From: Gammaproteobacteria bacterium
Lineage (GTDB): Bacteria > Pseudomonadota > Gammaproteobacteria > Steroidobacterales > GCA-2729495
Direction of reading: 5' to 3'
Assembly (NCBI GenBank): GCA_009692345.1
Contig: SHZI01000002.1
Coordinates: 167 to 64,166, forward strand
Length of the DNA stretch: 64,000 nucleotides
The notes under the pieces are model-generated. The model ran no database searches. It was not told where the DNA came from and was given only the letters and a program-made list of their open reading frames with translations. Below are positions 60,595 through 64,000 of this stretch, one piece after another. How positions within the stretch are numbered: position 1 is the first letter of the stretch; the number at the start of each line of letters is the position of its first letter. The position numbers and the translations under genes are program-made.

Positions 60595-60831
60595 ATGAAC
60601 GCGGTGACACTCGACACCTTCGCCGCCCTGCTTGCGAGCAACCACGGCCTCGGTGCCTACTGCCCCAAGTGCCAGCGGTGGGCCACCGTGAACCTACAAG
60701 AGCTTGTCGCCACCGGACGGGGGCAGCAAAGCTTTATCGGTCGGAAGCCTCGCTGCCAGGTGTGCGGGTCGGCGGGTCACTGGCAGGTCCGGTCCCTGGC
60801 GTCTCGCGCAACAGGTGCAAGCCCGCGTTGA
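60595..60831 (+). CDS. small zinc-ribbon-like protein (78 aa)
   Basis: From ATG 60595, GC3 is about 75-80%. The paired CPKC ... CQVC motifs are 30 residues apart. Confidence 0.5.
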   Translation: MNAVTLDTFAALLASNHGLGAYCPKCQRWATVNLQELVATGRGQQSFIGRKPRCQVCGSAGHWQVRSLASRATGASPR

Positions 60832-60925
60832 TAAGCGCCACTGCGACCCGTCGCCGGTCAGTGTCGGGCGGGATGGTGGCCAGGATGGTGCTCAGGATCG
60901 GGTCCATGCCGACGACAGATGACAT
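60734..60925 (-). CDS. possible small ORF (63 aa) divergent from the PEP-CTERM cargo gene
   Basis: GC3 is very high (about 85%) over the unique 5' part (60832-60925). The 3' third overlaps the zinc-ribbon ORF on the other strand. I recognised no motif. Confidence 0.3.
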   Translation of the reverse strand: MSSVVGMDPILSTILATIPPDTDRRRVAVALINAGLHLLRETPGTGPASDPPTRTPGSEASDR

Positions 60926-61044
60926 TATGTTTAGTCATTATTTACTTTTGCAGGGATATAGGTGAATGTGTCAGTGCGGCAACTATAAAGCTTAAGAGCC
61001 ATAGCCTATTAATCCTTCAATTCGACGCCGCTGGGGTAAACGAC

Positions 61045-61755
61045 ATGAACAGAACGACACGGGTTAACCGTCAGGTTAAGGCCTCTTGGTTGGTAGCTGC
61101 GGTGATGGTGCTGGGGTCTTCCTATGCATCTGCTGCGTCGATGACCTACGGCTTTTACCAGCTCACCAATACCAATGTCGAAAATCTGTCCAGCCAGTTG
61201 TCGATTACGGTATGGGATTCGGCCGGGGCGAATGCCCAATTCGGCACCTCTTTACTGAGCAGCCAGATACTTTTCACGGTAAAGAATAACGTTGGCACAG
61301 CCTCTAATATTGCCGAAGTCTATTTTGATGACGGCCTGCTGGGGCCATCGGTGGTGTTAAACAGTCTGGGTGGTTTTACCAACTTCAGCGGCGGTGGCGC
61401 CAATCCCGGTAACCTTCCTGCTGGCAATACCGCGACCCCGGCCTTTGTGGCGACGCAGAATTTTTCCGCTGACGTCAATCCCGGCCCACCCCCCAACGGC
61501 GTCAATGCCAGCAACGATATCCTCGGCATTCGCCTGGGACTCGGCGGCTTTGCCGACTTCAACGCTGTGAATGCGGCAGTGGCTAGTGGCGATTTGCGCT
61601 TTGGCCTGCACGTGCGCTCCATCGGAGTAGCCGGTGGCAGCGATAGTTACATCAATACCAGCGTCGTCCCCATCCCCCCCGCCGTCTGGCTCCTCGGCAC
61701 GGCCCTCGCCGGTCTAGCCGGTCGTCGCTGGCTGCGGCGAAAGCTCAGCAGCTAA
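61045..61755 (+). CDS. PEP-CTERM sorting-domain protein (island cargo)
   Basis: ATG 61045 with a signal peptide ...AAVMVLGSSYASA/AS. The C-terminus VVPIPPAVWLLGTALAGLAGRRWLRRK is PEP-CTERM-like. An AT-rich promoter region lies upstream. Confidence 0.85.
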   Translation: MNRTTRVNRQVKASWLVAAVMVLGSSYASAASMTYGFYQLTNTNVENLSSQLSITVWDSAGANAQFGTSLLSSQILFTVKNNVGTASNIAEVYFDDGLLGPSVVLNSLGGFTNFSGGGANPGNLPAGNTATPAFVATQNFSADVNPGPPPNGVNASNDILGIRLGLGGFADFNAVNAAVASGDLRFGLHVRSIGVAGGSDSYINTSVVPIPPAVWLLGTALAGLAGRRWLRRKLSS

Positions 61756-61778
61756 CTGCTACCAACAGACTCCACCAG

Positions 61779-61807
61779 GGAACCCGCTGCAAGGCGGGTT
61801 TCTTGTT
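61779..61807 (+). terminator. Rho-independent terminator after the PEP-CTERM cargo gene
   Basis: AACCCGC/GCGGGTT stem followed by TCTTGTT. Confidence 0.6.
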
Positions 61808-62006
61808 GTGGGAGCAGGACTACCTGCGCCGACCTTGGCAGGTCGAGACACGGGACCGTCGGCCCACTCGCGAATCTCGACAGCGTGGCATTATGTGGGC
61901 GGTGCAAGTTTAGAGAGACAGGGCACCGGAGGAGGGTGGGGGCATTTCTGGGGGCATATTCCCCGGAAGCAGGCTGAAACCCTTGCAATTAGTCGCTGTG
62001 TGGATT

Positions 62007-62021
62007 CCTCCCTCTCCGCCA
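62007..62021 (+). repeat. attR core (direct repeat of the tRNA-Ser 3' end)
   Basis: CCTCCCTCTCCGCCA is identical to 56578-56592. Confidence 0.75.
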
Positions 62022-62050
62022 GCGTCCCCCTTGAGGAGCGTACCGAGATC

Positions 62051-62368
62051 ATGATCTTCCCCCGCCGGTTTCTAGCCAGTCTTGTCTGCTGCGCCCCGCT
62101 CGTGCTGGGGGGCTGCGCGTTGCCCCAGTTCATGGGGCTGGGCCCTTACTACGCCATTACCGACAATGCCTCCGGCAGCGTCTACTACAGTGACAACCTG
62201 TCCCGGGAAAAGAAGGGCGTCGTGGAGTTCCGGGACTCCAGCTCCGGGGCCTGGGTCAGTATTCCGGCGGCCACAGTCCGACAGCTCACTCAGGCTGAGT
62301 TTCGTGCCGGTCCTCCCGAGGAAGCTCCTGGTCAGCCAGTCTCGGGCCAGCCAGCCGCCGGCCAGTGA
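62051..62368 (+). CDS. lipoprotein, unknown function (105 aa)
   Basis: ATG 62051; MIFPRRFLASLVCCAPLVLGGC has a lipobox. Confidence 0.7.
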   Translation: MIFPRRFLASLVCCAPLVLGGCALPQFMGLGPYYAITDNASGSVYYSDNLSREKKGVVEFRDSSSGAWVSIPAATVRQLTQAEFRAGPPEEAPGQPVSGQPAAGQ

Positions 62369-62396
62369 CCAACGGGGCCCGATAGTCTCTGTGGCC

Positions 62397-62963
62397 ATGG
62401 ATCCCAAGCGTCGCCGGCGACGCCAGAGACGGGCAGGCGCAGTGTCAGCCTTCATGGTGCTGGCCCTGGGTCTGGCCTTTTTCTTCGAGTCCCAGGCTAC
62501 GACCACCGTTATTGTGGTCCGGCACGCGGATGTCGTGGCTGCCCTGGGCGAAGATCCCGGTCTCAGCCCGGCAGGGGCGATTCGCGCCGAGGAACTGGCC
62601 CGGGTTCTCGTCGAGGTGGACGTTGACCGGCCCCTCAAGGCCATTCTCGTTGCTCCCGGGAAAGCCTACCGGGAGACGGCGGAGCCACTGGCGCGCCGGA
62701 TCAACCTGCCGGTGCAGGAAGTGGACAGCACCGATCCCGACGCTCTCGCCAACTGGATTCTCAAGAAGTACAAGGGCGAGATCGTGCTCGTGGTCGCAGA
62801 CGCCATGACTATTCCCACCCTGATCCCCAAGTTCCAGGGCAGCAAGCGGGTTCCCGATCTTGCTGACGGGGAGTACGACAATCTCTATGTCGTCAGCATT
62901 CCCTGGTACGGGCGGGTCAAGACCCTGCGCGTGCGCTACGGTTCTCGCCCTGCACCGCTCTAG
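62397..62963 (+). CDS. histidine phosphatase superfamily protein (SixA-like), membrane-anchored
   Basis: ATG 62397. It has an Arg-rich N-terminus plus a TM segment, then TTVIVVRHAD...GLSPAGAIRAEELARVL (RHG-type motif). Confidence 0.7.
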   Translation: MDPKRRRRRQRRAGAVSAFMVLALGLAFFFESQATTTVIVVRHADVVAALGEDPGLSPAGAIRAEELARVLVEVDVDRPLKAILVAPGKAYRETAEPLARRINLPVQEVDSTDPDALANWILKKYKGEIVLVVADAMTIPTLIPKFQGSKRVPDLADGEYDNLYVVSIPWYGRVKTLRVRYGSRPAPL

Positions 62964-63622
62964 GCAGCGAACGGATTGACGGCCATGTCACCGTCTGCGG
63001 TGAGGGGCGGGTAGGGTAGCCCGCGCACCCGGCAGCGGACCGCGATGTCCGGGTGACACCACTCAAACAGAGTCCGGGCAAACACCTCAGCACTGAGGCG
63101 ACAGGTGGCATAGAGGCCAGCGGCCTCCCGCTGCCGGGCCGCTTCGTAAAGGAAAAGGGCTGCGGCTACCGAGACGTTCAGCGACGTTGCCAGCCCGCGC
63201 ATAGGCAGGCTGGCGTGGTGGTCGGCGAGCGCCGCAGCCTCTGCCGACACGCCGCGCAGTTCGGAGCCCAGCAGCAGGACGGTGGGACGGGTGTAGTCCA
63301 CGTTGCGGTAATCGACCGCGTCACCTGTCAAATGCGCTGCAACCACCTGAAAACCTGAGGCTTTAAGTGTCTGCATGGCGGGTATAAGAGCCCCATGCAT
63401 CCGGGCGCCGACGCGGGGTGCAGTACCGCCGGAAATGCCCCGGGCCCGCTTGAAGCCACTATGGGACCCGACCGCGTGAATCTCGAAGATGCCCACGGCA
63501 TCGCAGGTCCGCAGCAGGGCGGCGATGTTGTGGGGCTTGTGGACGTCGTCCGCCAGCACCGTCAGGTCGGGCTGACGGCGCGCCAGCGCGGCCTTCATCG
63601 TGCGAAAGCGTTCGGGCGTCAT
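62960..63622 (-). CDS. trmH: TrmH/SpoU-family tRNA (Gm18) 2'-O-methyltransferase
   Basis: 220 aa; DLTVLADDVHKPHNIAALLRTCDAVGI...LLLGSELRGVS...SLNVSVAAALFLYE. Confidence 0.88.
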   Translation of the reverse strand: MTPERFRTMKAALARRQPDLTVLADDVHKPHNIAALLRTCDAVGIFEIHAVGSHSGFKRARGISGGTAPRVGARMHGALIPAMQTLKASGFQVVAAHLTGDAVDYRNVDYTRPTVLLLGSELRGVSAEAAALADHHASLPMRGLATSLNVSVAAALFLYEAARQREAAGLYATCRLSAEVFARTLFEWCHPDIAVRCRVRGLPYPPLTADGDMAVNPFAA

Positions 63623-63717
63623 GCCGTGGTTACCGGGTGTTCAACTGTAGAAGGCGCAATCCTATGCGACCTTCGCCGCAGGGACACCGTCGCGTTGAGT
63701 TAGACTGCCGGCGCCGT

Positions 63718-63793
63718 GCCCCGGTAGCTCAGGGGATAGAGCGCTCGCCTCCTAAGCGAGAGGTCCCAGGTTCGAATCCTGGTCGGGGCGCCA
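63718..63793 (+). tRNA. tRNA-Arg (anticodon CCU)
   Basis: GCCCCGG acceptor stem, D-arm TAGCTCAGGGGATAGAGC, anticodon loop CTCCTAA, T-arm CCAGGTTCGAATCCTGG and 3' GCCA. Confidence 0.93.
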
Positions 63794-63970
63794 TAAAAGC
63801 CAAGCGGGATAAGGGTTTCAGCCCTTCAACTCCTCCGAAGCCGGTGCCAAAAGTGCTTTTGTCACACATTTGGCACACTTGTTGTAGAATGTTGTCGTAG
63901 AAATGAAGCGGCCCAGGGCGCGTCAACGCCACTGGGCCGCGCCGATATCGTTCCTGTTAGGAGGCACGAC

Positions 63971-64000
63971 ATGGCGACAATAAGGGTACGCGACGGCATC
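63971..64000 (+). CDS. start of a probable phage-type integrase (truncated by the window end)
   Basis: MATIRVRDGI resembles the common MATIRKR... integrase N-terminus. It lies 177 nt after a tRNA, and the intervening DNA is AT-rich. Confidence 0.35.
   Translation, partial: MATIRVRDGI

Larger units (their letters stand above)
56578..62021 (+). mobile_element. integrase-bearing genomic island (about 5.4 kb) inserted in the 3' end of tRNA-Ser
   Basis: The exact 15-nt direct repeat CCTCCCTCTCCGCCA occurs at 56578-56592 (tRNA 3' end) and 62007-62021 (17/19 when extended). A P4-type integrase and AlpA lie adjacent. GC is visibly lower in places, for example 60900-61040. Confidence 0.75.

Noticed and set aside
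63857-63890. Possible promoter TTGTCA ... TAGAAT upstream of the second integrase
   Set aside because: The spacer is about 20 nt and no extended -10 is present. This is too weak to call from sequence alone.

Overview
This is a high-GC (about 65%), densely coding gammaproteobacterial chromosome segment. All product calls come from reading the supplied translations against remembered family motifs; no searches were run.

Core genes (about 0-54.5 kb) follow a Pseudomonas/E. coli-like order:
- mfd, sfsA, two lolC/E paralogues and lolD, DUF2062, comEC
- a tightly coupled exbB-exbD-msbA-lpxK-kdsB-ptp operon
- divergent rne and rluC, then maf and yceD-rpmF-plsX-fabH
- a DASS transporter, and an L,D-transpeptidase convergent with an OprI/Lpp-like lipoprotein
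- a lexA-imuA-imuB-dnaE2 SOS mutagenesis operon with two SOS boxes
- a partial T2SS operon, gspCDEF
- clpS-clpA facing infA-aat-DUF482-trxB
- ftsK-lolA-vanZ-rarA-serS-prolyl oligopeptidase

Accessory DNA is concentrated at 54.5-64 kb:
- an orphan 72-aa gene
- a (GAC)8 microsatellite that also forms a poly-Asp micro-ORF, upstream of a PEP-CTERM protein
- a 5.4 kb integrase island in tRNA-Ser(UGA), with an exact 15-nt att repeat, GGGGGCAT motif arrays at both ends, AlpA, a chain of translationally coupled small ORFs of unknown function, and a second PEP-CTERM protein as cargo
- 1.7 kb of core genes, then tRNA-Arg(CCU) with the start of another integrase at the window edge

I saw no rRNA, CRISPR array or transposase. 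I cannot name a clear-cut new multi-gene system. The best candidates for follow-up are the island's small-ORF module, the poly-Asp/(GAC)8 locus upstream of the PEP-CTERM gene, and the FemAB-like DUF482 gene translationally coupled to aat. Perfect in-frame short tandem repeats recur in several genes.
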